Assembly: GCF_030028105.1 (NCBI RefSeq)
Contig: NC_092376.1
Span: 119,782,230-119,846,229 of the forward strand
Length of the DNA stretch: 64,000 nucleotides
Reading direction: 5' to 3'
Source of the DNA: Mobula birostris
Taxonomy: Eukaryota
Below are positions 39,265-50,889 of the stretch, in pieces. Every line of letters starts with the position of its first letter. Positions within the stretch are counted from its first letter, which is position 1. The translations under genes were made by a program, and so were the position numbers. The notes below the pieces were generated by a model. The model had not been told where the DNA came from, did no database searches, and worked only from the letters and a program-made list of their open reading frames with translations.

Positions 39265-39821
39265 CAACACACAGAGAAGTTGCTGGTGAACGCATCAGGC
39301 CAGGCAGCATCTCTAGGAAGAGGTACAGTCGACGTTTCGGGCCAAGACCCTTCATCAGGACTAACTGAAGGAAGAGCTAGTAAGAGATTTGAAAGTGGGA
39401 GGAGGAGGGGGAGATCTGAAATGATAGGAGAAGACAGGAGGGGGAGGGTATGGAGCCAAGAGCCGGACAGTTGATTGGCAAAAGGGATATGAGAGGATCA
39501 TGGGACAGGAGACCCAGGGAGAAAGAAAAGGGGGAGGGGGGGAACCCAGAGGATGGGCAAGGGGTATAGTGAGAGGGACAGGGGGAGAAAAAGGAGAGAG
39601 AGAAAAAGAATGTGTGTATATAAATAAATAATGGATGGGTCAAGAGGGGGAGGAGGGGCATTAGCAGAAGTTTGAGAAGTCAATGTTCATGCCATCAGGT
39701 TGGAGGCTACCCAGACGGAATATAAGGTGTTGTTCCTCCAACCTGAGTGTGGCTTCATCCTTACAGTAGAGGAGGCCATGGATAGACATATCAGAATGGG
39801 AATGGAACATGGAATTAAAAT
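39265..39821 (-). mobile_element. Penelope-like 3' fragment inserted in gag with 9-bp TSD
   Basis: gatttagag at 39256-39264 and 39822-39830; minus strand encodes LRLEEQHLIFRLGSLQPDGMNIDFSNF; pLTR with hammerhead. Confidence 0.9.
39327..39362 (-). ncRNA. Minimal hammerhead ribozyme motif, intact core
   Basis: Reverse complement agtc-ctgatga-agggtcttggccc-gaaa-cgtc-gact. Confidence 0.8.
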
Positions 39822-40113
39822 GATTTAGAGAGTCTCATGGACTTGGCAATTAGACAATAACAGATCAACAGATAAGAGAAGGGTTAGAGGAAAGAAATTA
39901 TTCTGAAGAAACTCTCCTCCTGACTATTCCCCTGTCCTCCGGTTTCCTGGCTAAGTCTGCTCTTCAACTTCTGCCAATCCCAGCTTCCAAGGAGCCTATA
40001 CAAATATCCTGGACCAGGCTCTCATGAGCTGAAAGGCAGAGAAGAAGGAGGGAGAGGTGCTGGATTTACTGTGGAGAGGTTGGACATTATCTGACCTCCT
40101 GACCCAAGCTGCT

Positions 40114-40146
40114 GGAAAACTCCCAGGAACATCCAGCATAGGGAGG
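40114..40146 (+). promoter_or_regulatory. Putative -1 ribosomal frameshift signal at the gag-pol junction
   Basis: GGAAAAC heptamer (40114-40120) after the zinc knuckle; ctccc (40120-40124) can pair with gggag (40141-40145); gag stop TAG at 40139-40141. Confidence 0.6.
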
Positions 40147-43100
40147 GCTGTGACAAATGCCAGCCTCACTCCTGGTTCAGCTCCCTCTATGTGGTGCTCT
40201 TCATGACACTTTCATGGAGAGACCGAAAACATTCCCCAGATGCTTTTATTGACTCCGGCACAGCAGGATATTTTTTTAACCTTGGACTGGCCAGTAGATC
40301 GGAAATCCCTTTTTAACATCTCAACCAGTGGCTCGTTACCATGGCCCTGAATGGGAGACCTTTGGTACTGGGGCAGATCACCCACCAAACATCTCTGCTC
40401 AAGCTCAAGATTGGCCAGTATGTGCAATTAATCCACTTCTATCTCATTCATGGAGATACCACTCATTCTGGGCCAACTCACAACTTGATAGTCAATTGGA
40501 CTACAGGGCTGGTCAAACCAGTGCAAAAAGAAATGCCTCCAAAAGGGGGCTAGGACACCTTCTGGGTTACATCCTGAAGCACCTCCTGAGTTTACTTCCG
40601 AGACTACCTCCAAGACAACTTCCAAGATTACTTCTAACATACCTCCCAAGTTAACTGTTATATCTTCCATTGCTAACTCCAGTGCATATGATTTGTCTAG
40701 AGTACCTCCAGAACATTCAGATCTGCTGGAGGTCTTCAGCAAGAAAAAGGCCACAACTCTACCACTCCACTGGGACTATGATTGTGCCATCGATCTGTTA
40801 CTGGGTACTTGTCCTCCTCAGGGACAGCTTTACTCTCTACTGACCCCAGAGAGAAAGGGCATGGAGGACTACATCCAAGAAGCAGTGGCATCTGGTTTGA
40901 TTCAACCGTCAACATCTCCCACAGGGGTCGGGGTTTTCTCTGTTCACTAAAAGGAAGGTGACTTAAGGCCCTGCATAGACTATAAGGGGCTAAATTTCAT
41001 TGTTATAATTTCATTGTACCTTCTCCCTCCCATGAACACAGCCTTTCAGACTCTCCAAGGACCTACAATATTTATCAAATTGGACCTCATAGTGTCTACG
41101 GCCTAATCTGCATTCACGAATGGAAAACTACATTCAACATGCCCATGGGTCACTACAAATACTGGGTCATGCCTTTCGGTTGGCAAATGCCCCAACGATA
41201 TTTCAAGCCTTCATCAATGAAGTGCTCCAGGATTTGTTACACCACTTCATTTTCGTCTACCTAAACGATATACTCATTTTCTTCCAGTCCATTGAAGAAC
41301 ACATCCAGCAGGTTCTAGAATGGCTTCTCAAGAATCAACTATCCATCAAGCTTGAGACAATTGAATTCCATGTATCCACAGACTCTTTCCTTGGGTTTGT
41401 TATATCTAATGATAACCTACAAAAGGACTCAGGCCTTGCAGAATTGGCTACAACCTATCAAGGTTTATTGGTTTTATCAACTTTTACAGACAGTTCATTG
41501 GCAGTTTCAGCTCACCAACCTCACCAAGAAATCTATTGGGCCATTCTGCTGGACTCAGGAGGCAAGGCAGCTTTTGCCAAGTTAAAACAAAAGTTCATGT
41601 CCGTACCTGTCCTAGTGCCACTGGAATTAGACTTGTATTTCATGGTGGAGGTCAACGCATTGGACATGGATGTAGGGGCCATCTTGTCCCAATGGCCTGT
41701 CTTGGACCATGAACTGCATCCCTGTGCCTTCTACTCAAGATGCCTTTCTCCCATGGAGGCAAACCATGATATTGGGAATCAGGAATCAGGAATTGTTGGC
41801 TGTTAAACTGACACTGGAGGAGTGAAGCCACTGGTTGGGGGGGTCCAAACATCTGTCTGTGATATGGACCGACCAGAGAAATCGGGCTTACCTCCAGGAT
41901 GCAAAGGGGCTGAATTCCAGGTGGGCACATTAGTCCCTATTCTTCAACAGGTTCATCTTCCTTATTACTTACCGACCAGGATCAAAAAATCAAAATCCAT
42001 ATGCCCTCTCTCAACAGTTAAAAGGACGTAACAGCAAAGAGAATCCTTCAACTATAATTTCCAGCTCTAGAATGGTGGCACCCACCCAATGGAACGTAGA
42101 CTTGATAGTTTGCCGAGCCCAAGAGCATATGGGGCAGACCCAGGTAATGGTCCTCCCAGATATATTTTTGTTCCCAAATCTGTTTGTTCTGAGGTTCTCA
42201 AGTGGGATTATGCTTCAAACCTGGCTGGGCATCCAGAGGATTGTCAAGAGACATTACTCATGACCAGGCACAACTATAGATGTCTGGGAATATATCTTAG
42301 CATATGATGTCTACACATGACATAAAGAATGCTGAGCACAGCATCAAGGTCTGCTTCAGCCTCTCCCCATTCCGACTCACCCTTGGTCCCAGACTTCTCT
42401 GGAATTTGTCACTGGTATTCTGGCATCTCAGGGTATTACAGTAATCATAGTGCTTGTAGACCAATTCTCCAAGGCCTTCCTCTTTGTACCCCTTCCCAAA
42501 TTACCATCAACTTCAGAGACCACCAAGATCACTTCTTCAGGATTCATCGTTTTCCCCAGGACATCATCTTCAATCGCGAACCTTAGTTTTCCTCTAGGTT
42601 TTAGAAGGTCCTTTGTGAGCTAATTGAGAGCTGCGCCAGTATGTTGTCTGGGTTCCATCTGCAGACCAATGGGCGAATAGAGGGGGTCAACCAGGATCCA
42701 GAAAGAACACTCAAATGACTAGCCTCAGGGAACCATACCACCTGGAGAGACAACCTGATTTTGGCAGTTTGTGCAAAACATATATATGCATTCGTCTATC
42801 AGGATCACAAACAAGAGAAAATTTGCAGAGACTGGAGGACGTCCACTGTACTCTTTTCCATAGATGTTGGCTGGCCTGCTGAGTTCCTCCAGCATTTTGT
42901 GTGTATTACTTTGTCTAGCGGGATGTCCCCTTTTGAATGTCAATTTGGGTACCATCCTCCTCTTTTCCCAGAACAAAAAGCAGAGGTGGAGGCTCCATCA
43001 GCAGATCTACTCTTCCAGGGATGTCACCAAAATTGTGTTAAGGTGACAGAGACTTTGTTGGCCAATTCTTGGCATCAACACCAGGCCAACCACCAGAGAA

Positions 43101-43560
43101 ATCTGGGCCTAGCACTTCGTTCCAGTCAGGGGGTCTAGCTCTCAACTGGAGATCTCCCCATGCAGGCTGAATCCAGAAAAATGGCCTATTATTACATTGA
43201 ACCATTCAAAACCCTGTGACATGTCAACCAGTTCCCTATCATCTCCAGTTCCTGAGCACCATGCGGATTCACCCCACATTCCTCAAGCCCTTGAAAGTTA
43301 GCCCCTTGGCTCTGATTCCTAAACTCCTCCACCTCATCCTAATCTAATTTAATCTAATCTAATCAAGAATTATTGATGGATTATACATAGTCTGGCAACT
43401 TTTGGATACCTACATTGTTTGAGATAAATGGCAAGACCTCGGGGATTGAGAAGGATATGGCCCAGAAGGAAAAAAGCTGGATTCATTCATGGGTCATCCA
43501 GGACCCTACCTTTAAAGAGGAATTTTACCAGCACCATCCTGACAGCCCTAGGCTATTAGG
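40142..43560 (+). pseudogene. Retrotransposon pol (PR-RT-RNaseH-IN-chromodomain), multiple stops and frameshifts
   Basis: Motifs in ORFs 40693, 41120, 42089, 42761, 43415. Confidence 0.85.
42806..42910. mobile_element. Inverted Penelope pLTR mini-unit inside the integrase region
   Basis: cacaaacaagagaaaatttgcagag (minus arm) + cgtccactgtactc...ggcctgctgagttcctccagcattttgtgtg; degenerate duplication tcgtctatcaggat / ttgtctagcgggat. Confidence 0.7.
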
Positions 43561-43570
43561 AGACAGCCAT

Positions 43571-43590
43571 GGGGAGTGGGGGTGGGGGGA
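43571..43590 (+). other. Polypurine tract
   Basis: ggggagtgggggtgggggga just upstream of the 3' LTR TG. Confidence 0.75.
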
Positions 43591-43596
43591 GTGTTC

Positions 43597-43909
43597 TGTC
43601 ATCGTCCCAACAAACAGTGACAGGCATTCAAGTTTTGGCTCTCCATTTCCCCAATATGGTTAGTTGTCGCAGTCTCTTTAGGACTCAGAATGCCAATTAC
43701 TGCCTGCAACATTGCTTCATGGGAAGTCTGTACATAAAGGCCTTGTGCTGAGCACTCAGTGTTCAATCATAAGAATTCCACATCTATTACTACTGTTCTG
43801 ATTTTGCCTCTGGATTTTGTTTGTTTAGCCTTGTTTATTTCATGTCTAAGTTAAATCAAGACTCTACTCTGCACTTAGGTTTACCTCCATCCATTGCTCA
43901 CTCATTACA
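43597..43909 (+). repeat. 3' LTR
   Basis: TG...CA termini (tgtcatc...cattaca), homologous to 38281-38600. Confidence 0.85.
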
Positions 43910-43944
43910 CAAACATGCTGAACAGCAATGAACAAGTACAAAGG

Positions 43945-46445
43945 CTTGGTACAAATGACATGGTTAGACAATGTGAGGTTGTCCTGAATGATTTTAGGGA
44001 GCTAAGTACAAACGTAGAAAGTTGATAAGCAAGGACCTCCAGGGTAGTAATCTCTGGATTGTTGCCTGTGCCATCTGCCAGTGGCAGTAAGAATAGGATG
44101 ATTTGGAGGATGAATATCAGGCTGAGGAACTGGTGCAGGTGGAAGGGGTCAGATTTATGGATCATTGGGATCTCTTCTGGGGAAGTATGACCTATACAAA
44201 AGGGATGGGTTACAGCTGAACCCGAATGGGATCAATATCCTTGTGGGAAGGTTTGCTAAAGCTGCTTTGGAGGCTTTAAACTAATTTGGCAGGGACTGAA
44301 GATGAGGTAGCTGGTTTACAAACAGAAGCAGTACATAGTGAGACTTCTAGCAAGGGGAGGCAGATGATAGAGCAAAATTACAGTTAACAGGATGAGTTGC
44401 AATGTAAAATCCGGACAAAATTGAAAAGGGTGAATACAGGACTGAAAGTGGTAGGAATTTTTGGAAGAAATTTGGAAGGCATAGGATATATACATCCCAA
44501 AGAGGAGAAGTAGTCTAAAATCAAGATGACACAACCATGATGAACAAAAAATGTCAAAGCAAACATAAAAGTCAAAGAGAACATATAATGGAGCAAATAT
44601 TAGTGGGAAGTTAGGATTGTGCAGCTCTGAAAAACTAACAGAAGGGAACTAAAAAAGTCATTAAGAATGTAAAGATGGAATACAAAAAAGCTAATAAATA
44701 ATATTAAATTTGATGTCAAAATTTTCTGCAAATACATAAAATGTAAAAGAGAGGCAAGAGTCAATATTGGACCACAGGAAAACAATATTGGAGAGGTAGT
44801 AATGGGGGACAAGAAAATGGCAGATAAACTAAACAAGTATTTTGCATCAGTCTTCACTGTGGAAGACACTAGCAGTATGGTGGAGGTTGAAGAGTGTCAG
44901 GGGTCAGAAGTGCGTAAAGTTGCCATTACTAGGGAGAAAGTTCCTTGGATACAGAAAGTTAGGTAAGTCACTGGACCAAATGGTGTACACCCTAGAGATC
45001 TGAAAGAGGTGGCTTAAGAATTTGTGGAGACATTAGTAATGACCTTTCAGGAATCATTAGATTCTGGTGTGATTCTGGAAGACTGGAAAATTGCAATTGT
45101 TATTCCACTCTTCAGGAAAGGAGAGAGGCAGAAGAAAGGAAATTTTAGCCAGTTAGTCCATTTGTTGGAAAGATATTGGAGTCAATTTTTAAAGATGTAC
45201 TTTTGGGGTACTTACAGGCACATGACAAAATAGGAAGTAATCAGTATGGTTTCCTCAAGGAAAAATCTTGCCTGGCAAATCTCTTGGAATTCTTTAAGGA
45301 AATAATAAGCAGGATAGACAAAGGAGAATTGGTTTATGTTGCATACTTGGATTTTCAGAAGCCCTTTGAGAAGGTGCCACACATAAGCCTGCTAAACAAG
45401 CTAAGAGCCTATGGTATTAAATGAAAGATTCTAGTATGTAAAAAACAGTGGCTGATTGGTAGGAGGCAAGGTGTGGGGATAAAGTGAGCCTTTTCTAGTT
45501 GGCTGCCAGTGACCAGTGCTGTTCCACAGGGGTCTGAATTGGGACCACTTCTTTTTATGTTATATGTCAGTAGCTTGGATGATGGTATTGATGGCTTTGT
45601 AAAGTTTGTGGATGATACAAAAGTAGGTGTAGAGACAGGTAGTTTTGAGGAAGTAGAGAGGTTACAGAACAACTTAGACATATTAGGAGAATGGGCAAGC
45701 AAGTGGCAGATGGAATACAGTGTCGGGAAGTGTGTGGTCATGCACTTTGCTAAAAGTAATAAAAGGTAGACTATTTTCTAAATGGAGAGAACATTCGAAA
45801 ATCTGAGTTGGAAAGGGACTTGGGAGTTATTGTGCAGGATTCCCTAAATGGTAATTTGCAGGTTGAGTATGTGGCGAGGAAGGCAAATGCAATGTTAGCA
45901 TTCTTTTCAAGAGGACTAGAATATAAAAGCAAAGATGTAATGTTAAGGCTTTAAAAAGCACTGGTGAGGCCTCACTTGGAGTATTGTGTGCGGTTTTGGG
46001 CCCCTTATCTTCGAAAGGATGTGCTGACACTGGAGAGCGATCAAAGGAGGTTCACGAAAATGATTCCAGGATTGAACAGTTTTGTCATATGAAGAGCATC
46101 TGGTCCTGTATTCACTGGAATTCAGAAGAATGAGGGGTGACCTAATCAAAACCTATTGAATATTGAAAGGCCTGTGGGGAAGATGTTTCCTATTGTGGGA
46201 TACTCTGGGACCAAAGGCCACAGTCTTAGAATGGAGATGAAGAGGAATTTCTTTAGCCAGAGAGTGGTGAATGGAGGCCAGGTCTTTACATTTCTTGATT
46301 GGTCAGGCATGAAGGAATACAGGGAGAAGGCAGGAGATTGGGGCTGAAAAGGAAAATAGATCAGCCACATTGAAATGGTGGAACAGATTCATTTGGCCAA
46401 ATGGCCTAATTCTGCTTCGATATCTTATTATAATCTTATGTCTTG
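43945..46445 (+). mobile_element. CR1 LINE with ORF1 esterase (SGNH) remnant and internally deleted ORF2
   Basis: GTND..RVVISGLLPVP..RLRNWC..DHWDLFWG..DGLQLN (43945-44285); EDWKIA.V.PLFRKG, YLDFQKPFEKVPH, AVPQGSELGPLLF..KFVDDTK. Confidence 0.88.
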
Positions 46446-47857
46446 TGGTATCTTCAGATCCCATATTCTGCCAAGTGAACCACCATCTCAGACAATGTTA
46501 GATTGACAATTTTAATATCATTCAACTGCTGTCAACCTCTATCAATCAGAGTCATGCCTAAAATAAATAGGTTCCTGCTAGGCACTATTCTAAGCCTCAC
46601 ATGTAGAGTTTACAGCCTATGCATGCTTCTCAATAACTCTATGTGACAGGAATGTCATGTAACGTAAGTGTGATTCCCTCTGAAACACTTCCTCCTACAG
46701 GGAAAGGTGGCATATAATCGGAAGCAGCAACAACTGACCAGTGGGGAATAACCATGGCTGCATCACCTAAGCTTCGTGGGAAAATCAGTTTACGATCACT
46801 ATAGCAACCACATCTGAAACTCATTCAATAACAACATTGAAACAATGCAATTTGACCATATTCTCATCACAATCTCTTCTCATTCAAAAGCAGAGGATAA
46901 TGCAACCTGGATTTCTCATTTTCTCTTCACACCTAATCCCACTGTTAGAAGGAGTGTCGTCTCCCCCTGCCCACTTACATTTACAACAGGAAGGTAATTG
47001 AATTGCTGTCAGCTATGGGAAAAATCCTTACCAGGGATGTTTAGTAAACGAGAAAAAAAACCTTTGTGCTCAAATGTTTTTACTTGAGGTAATGAAATTA
47101 CAGTAACAGCTTACACGAGAATCTAGTTTCCTTTCACCCTATTCTTATATGTTATGGTGTAAACCCTGAAGATACTCACAGCTATCCGAGAAGGTTAACT
47201 CGTGGCCAATTCAATGAGGAATCTCCTTTAATGATTTTTTCGGCTACCTTTCCTGACTATAGCACCCACTTAGTTGAAAGATTTCACTTCTAAGGTAACT
47301 ATTATATCTGCAGCTTCCCCTATGATCTAATACTCTCTTAAATCACCTGACCTTGAACAAGCCTATCCCCCCCCATTCAATTGTTCCATTTAATATCAGA
47401 GAATGTTTTCAATATACTGAAATTCTTGCTCTTCACAGACATCTTTGAAACAGAAGAAAACCCCAGAAAATAAATGACAGTAATAAAATGTTAGAATCCC
47501 AAAGCCTTCTTGAATCCGTGTCAGCTGTCTGAAGCCACTTTTAATATTACAAGTCAGCATTTGTGAATAACATACCTGATGGTCAAACACAATTTCTAAA
47601 CTTGCACTGGGATTTCAGGAGGAATCGAAATGGATAAATAGTTTTAGACAAATTATATGTTCACAATGGGGTGATGTGTCAGCTGGGAAAGTTCCTAAAA
47701 ACTGCCCTCTTTTTGCATCAGGTATTTAGACATTAAGTGGCTATGCAAACAATTCTTTCAGGACATTTCCTAAGGACTTTTCATTGACTTCATAGTTTAT
47801 GAGTGTTAGACCTTTTCAATCACCAGGATGGAATGCCAGGTTTGGAGCCTCGGTTTA

Positions 47858-48290
47858 GTGACTTTCACTCATCCCCCTCGTACCCCATCTGTTACTCATT
47901 TTCATGCACACATTCTTTCTCTCACTCTCCTTTTTCTCCCTCTGTCCCTCTGAATATACCTCTTGCCCATCCTCTGGGTCCCCCACGCCCTTGTCTTTCT
48001 TCCTGGACCTCCTGTCCCATGATCCTCTCGTATCCCCTTTTGCCAATCACCTGTCCAGCTCTTGGCTCCATTCCTCCCCCTCCTGTCTTCTCCTATCATT
48101 TTGGATCTCCCCCTCCCCCTCCAACTTTCAAATCGCTTACTCACTCTTCCTTCAGTTAGTCCTGACGAAGGGTCTCGGCCTGAAACGTCGACTGCACCTC
48201 TTCCTACAGATGCTGCCTGGCCTGCTGCGTTCACCAGCAACTTTGATGTGTGTTGCTTGAATTTCCAGCATCTGCAGAATTCCTGTTGTT
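47858..48290 (+). mobile_element. Penelope-like 3' end with pLTR
   Basis: Near reverse complement of 39265-39660; ends ccagcatctgcagaattcctgttgtt. Confidence 0.9.
48158..48193 (+). ncRNA. Minimal hammerhead ribozyme motif, intact core
   Basis: agtc-ctgacga-agggtctcggcct-gaaa-cgtc-gact. Confidence 0.8.
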
Positions 48291-48339
48291 CACTCATTCT
48301 ATTTTTCTTTTCTTCCCTCTTTCTCTTCTTAGCAATTGG

Positions 48340-48560
48340 ACCCACTGTAGTGAATTTCTGGCATTCTGTAAGCCAGAGGATTGCAGAGGATGGATCACTG
48401 GAGATATTTAAAAAAGATACAAATTAATTTTTGAAAGTTTCAGTAATTAATGGCTTTTGCAACTGGAACAGGAGTTCTGAGCCAGATAAACAACGATTGT
48501 ATTGAATCATGGGACAGGCTTGAAGAACCAATTTTCCTACTCCTGATCCTATTTTCTAGT
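48340..48560 (+). mobile_element. Degraded CR1 3' end
   Basis: gtagtgaatttctggcattct...gatattt...cctactcctgatcctatttt. Confidence 0.55.
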
Positions 48561-48764
48561 TGTGTTCACAGAGCCTTGGCTTCTCAGGACACACACGGTT
48601 ATTGAAGTTTTGGTCCTTTCTGGAATTGTGGGGCTTCAGTTATCTTTATTGTTGAGCCAAATAAATAGCTACCCAATATGTTAATGCAGGTACAGTTGTC
48701 CATTCTTCCTGCAGGTATTGCTAACTCTTCTGCAATTCTCGTTCAGATAGCCTTAAAAAGCTGA

Positions 48765-49335
48765 GTGACTGAGTCCTCAGTCGGTCAGAGTGGACCATGG
48801 ATATTGCATCCTTCCTAGCTGTCTAGGTATGCAAGTCTGGGCAAGCTGTTGTCCATGTAGCAAGATCTCCCTCTCCACACAAACCCCAAGGAACAGCAGA
48901 GACCAATAGAGTTTGGTACCAGCAGGAGTTGCCAATCAACATTGAACTCAATGTAGGACTGCCTTAGGGACTCCAGCTCTGGATTTTTTTTCCTTGGAGT
49001 TTACTCCTGAAGCCTTCCTCATAAGTGAATAGACCCACAAGGCAACAAGGCAGTAGAGGTTTGAGATCAGAGTTTTCCTTCTCCTAGAAGAACTGCCACC
49101 ACAGCTGTTGGGCCCCATCTGCCCAAAGCGACTGGTTTTAAGGTGCCTGTAACCCACCTTTGCTCCTTCTCCTGTCCATAGAAATGGTTCCAAAGGGCTT
49201 CATAGCTAAGCCACATGTGAAGGCCAGGAGCTGGGCTTGGTTGTCAGAGGCTACTTGAGGCGCACGTTATTGGGAGCATTTAATAGGTAGTGAGAGCTTG
49301 TCCCCATTACCACTCTGGCTATAATAACTTTAAGG
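48765..49335 (-). mobile_element. Probable RTE-clade 5'-UTR-derived non-coding repeat
   Basis: Minus strand has ctaggagaaggaaaactctgatctcaaacc and ggcttcaggagtaaactcc...gctggagtccctaaggcagtcc, motifs I recall from RTE 5' regions; not verified. Confidence 0.45.
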
Positions 49336-49964
49336 AAACAGCCTCAAAAAGCAACCTTGTCAAGTGATATTAAGAGAAAACTTAAAACAAGGCCATATCA
49401 CAATGAGCTTTAATGCTTGAAGCCAATTGCTTGGAAAATGAAATGAAATACAACTTCAGTGTTACCATAGAGATGAAGTCTGCTCCAATGGCCTTCAGCT
49501 AGAGTAGAGGTAGCATAGGTAGACAGCTCTGCACAAGATCAAGTCACCCGCAAATTGTGGTGCAGATGGCTCAGGCGAAGAATGCAGTGGGTCAGCTTAA
49601 TGATGATTGAATCACAGATAGTCTGTTTACAATGTCAAGAGGAGCAGAGAAGTCCAGAACCATTGTCAAATAGAACTGGAAGTCTACCCTTGTCCTTAAC
49701 CATGTGCTGTGTGTATATACTGTGTTTCCTGGACTATTCAGAAATCTAAAGTTGAGGAAATGATAATATTTCCCATCTATGAACTGTACCTTGTACATTC
49801 TACAATGAATGTATCACTGTTAGTTGCAGTATTTCAGAATATGAACATTGAAGACAATATATGCAAATACACTCACAGAAACAGGTATTTTAACCGGCCC
49901 TTAACCCAGAAGAAATTGTGCGTTGCTTATCCATGTATTTCTTATGAAATAAGTATCACAGAGT

Positions 49965-50140
49965 GTCTTTTCTTCTGGTGCTCTGGTTTCATCCCAGAGT
50001 CCAAAGACATACCAGTTAGGTTAATTGGTCATTGTAAATTGTCCAGTGATTAGGTTAGGGTTAATCGGGTTTGTTGGGGATTGCTGTGGTTCTGTGGCTC
50101 CAAAGGCCAAAGGAACCTACTCGGTGCTCTGTCACTAGAT
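49965..50140 (+). mobile_element. V-SINE 3' half
   Basis: ggtgctctggtttcatcccagagtccaaagacataccagttaggttaattggtcattgtaaattg, as in 28595-28670. Confidence 0.8.
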
Positions 50141-50164
50141 TATATATATATATATATATATATA
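50141..50164. repeat. (TA)n microsatellite
   Basis: tatatata... run at the SINE tail. Confidence 0.95.
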
Positions 50165-50889
50165 AAACTGTTATTTTAAAGTAAGTTCAAAGGAATGCAA
50201 TTTGCCTGATCTCTTAAGAAAGGTTGAGAACACTCTAGTAAAGGAAAGCCTACACCTATACAAAAGCCCACAGTGAACTGCTCACTTAGAAACAGTTGAA
50301 GTTTTCTCAAAGATTCAGTGAGATTCCTATATAGAGAACAAAAGGACTAAGGTTTGATTTTCACTCTCTGTTGAGTGAGTTCATCTCACAGAGAATACAT
50401 TCACATTCTTTAATCCCATAAATTACCTAGGGATCTTTGCTGAAAAGGTGAACTGTTGGATGTTTTGTGAGAAAACAGAATGGAGAATTGGTGTAACTAC
50501 CTGTCTCTAGGGAGGCAAGTATTTCAAAACTAGCCAGTTGGGTATGAGTATTTAACATCAATGAAAAAAGGGTCAAAATCTATGAATGAGAAAGAAAGTA
50601 ATTCAACAAAATCATTTTATCCTTTCCTGGGAGATTCTGAGATCTGGAAGAAATGAAACATTTTAATTCATTTGCTGGTGCTGTTAGCAAGCCCGGGCTT
50701 CTATTGCCCATAAAATTCAGAATGCTCAAAATACTAGGCAGCATCTGTGGAATGAGAAACATACTTCATGTCATTTCAACTCATTATACTAGACTTACTT
50801 CACACCCCACAGTAACCCCCTTTTCCAGTCATTCTTTTATGCTGCATGGCTCCCTATAAATTGGAGGTGTTACAATTGGGGATAAGGCA

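Larger units (their letters stand above)
38617..40141 (+). pseudogene. Retrotransposon gag (PEG10/RTL1-like family), interrupted by Penelope 39265-39821
   Basis: ORFs 38617 and 38890; tgc..tactgtggagaggttggacat...tga = C..CGEVGH....(C>stop) zinc knuckle near 40058-40105. Confidence 0.8.
38281..43909 (+). mobile_element. Ty3/Gypsy LTR retrotransposon, Sushi/chromovirus lineage, full-length but decayed
   Basis: Two homologous LTRs; gag (LTGRVLAW, VANYSIEFSTLAAKSSWN), CCHC knuckle, protease AFIDSG, RT (VFSKKKATTLP..YDCAIDL; FVYLNDILIF), RNase H (FMVEVNALD..VGAILSQ), integrase (qTNGRIE-like), chromodomain-like end (GYGPE..SWI..IQDP), polypurine tract; flanks gaaac/caaac. Confidence 0.9.

Noticed and set aside
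47803-48427. Overlapping 118-147 aa ORFs (also 39146-39683 and 53541-53973)
   Set aside because: They are translations of the low-complexity Penelope 3' UTR/pLTR, repeated many times in the window.
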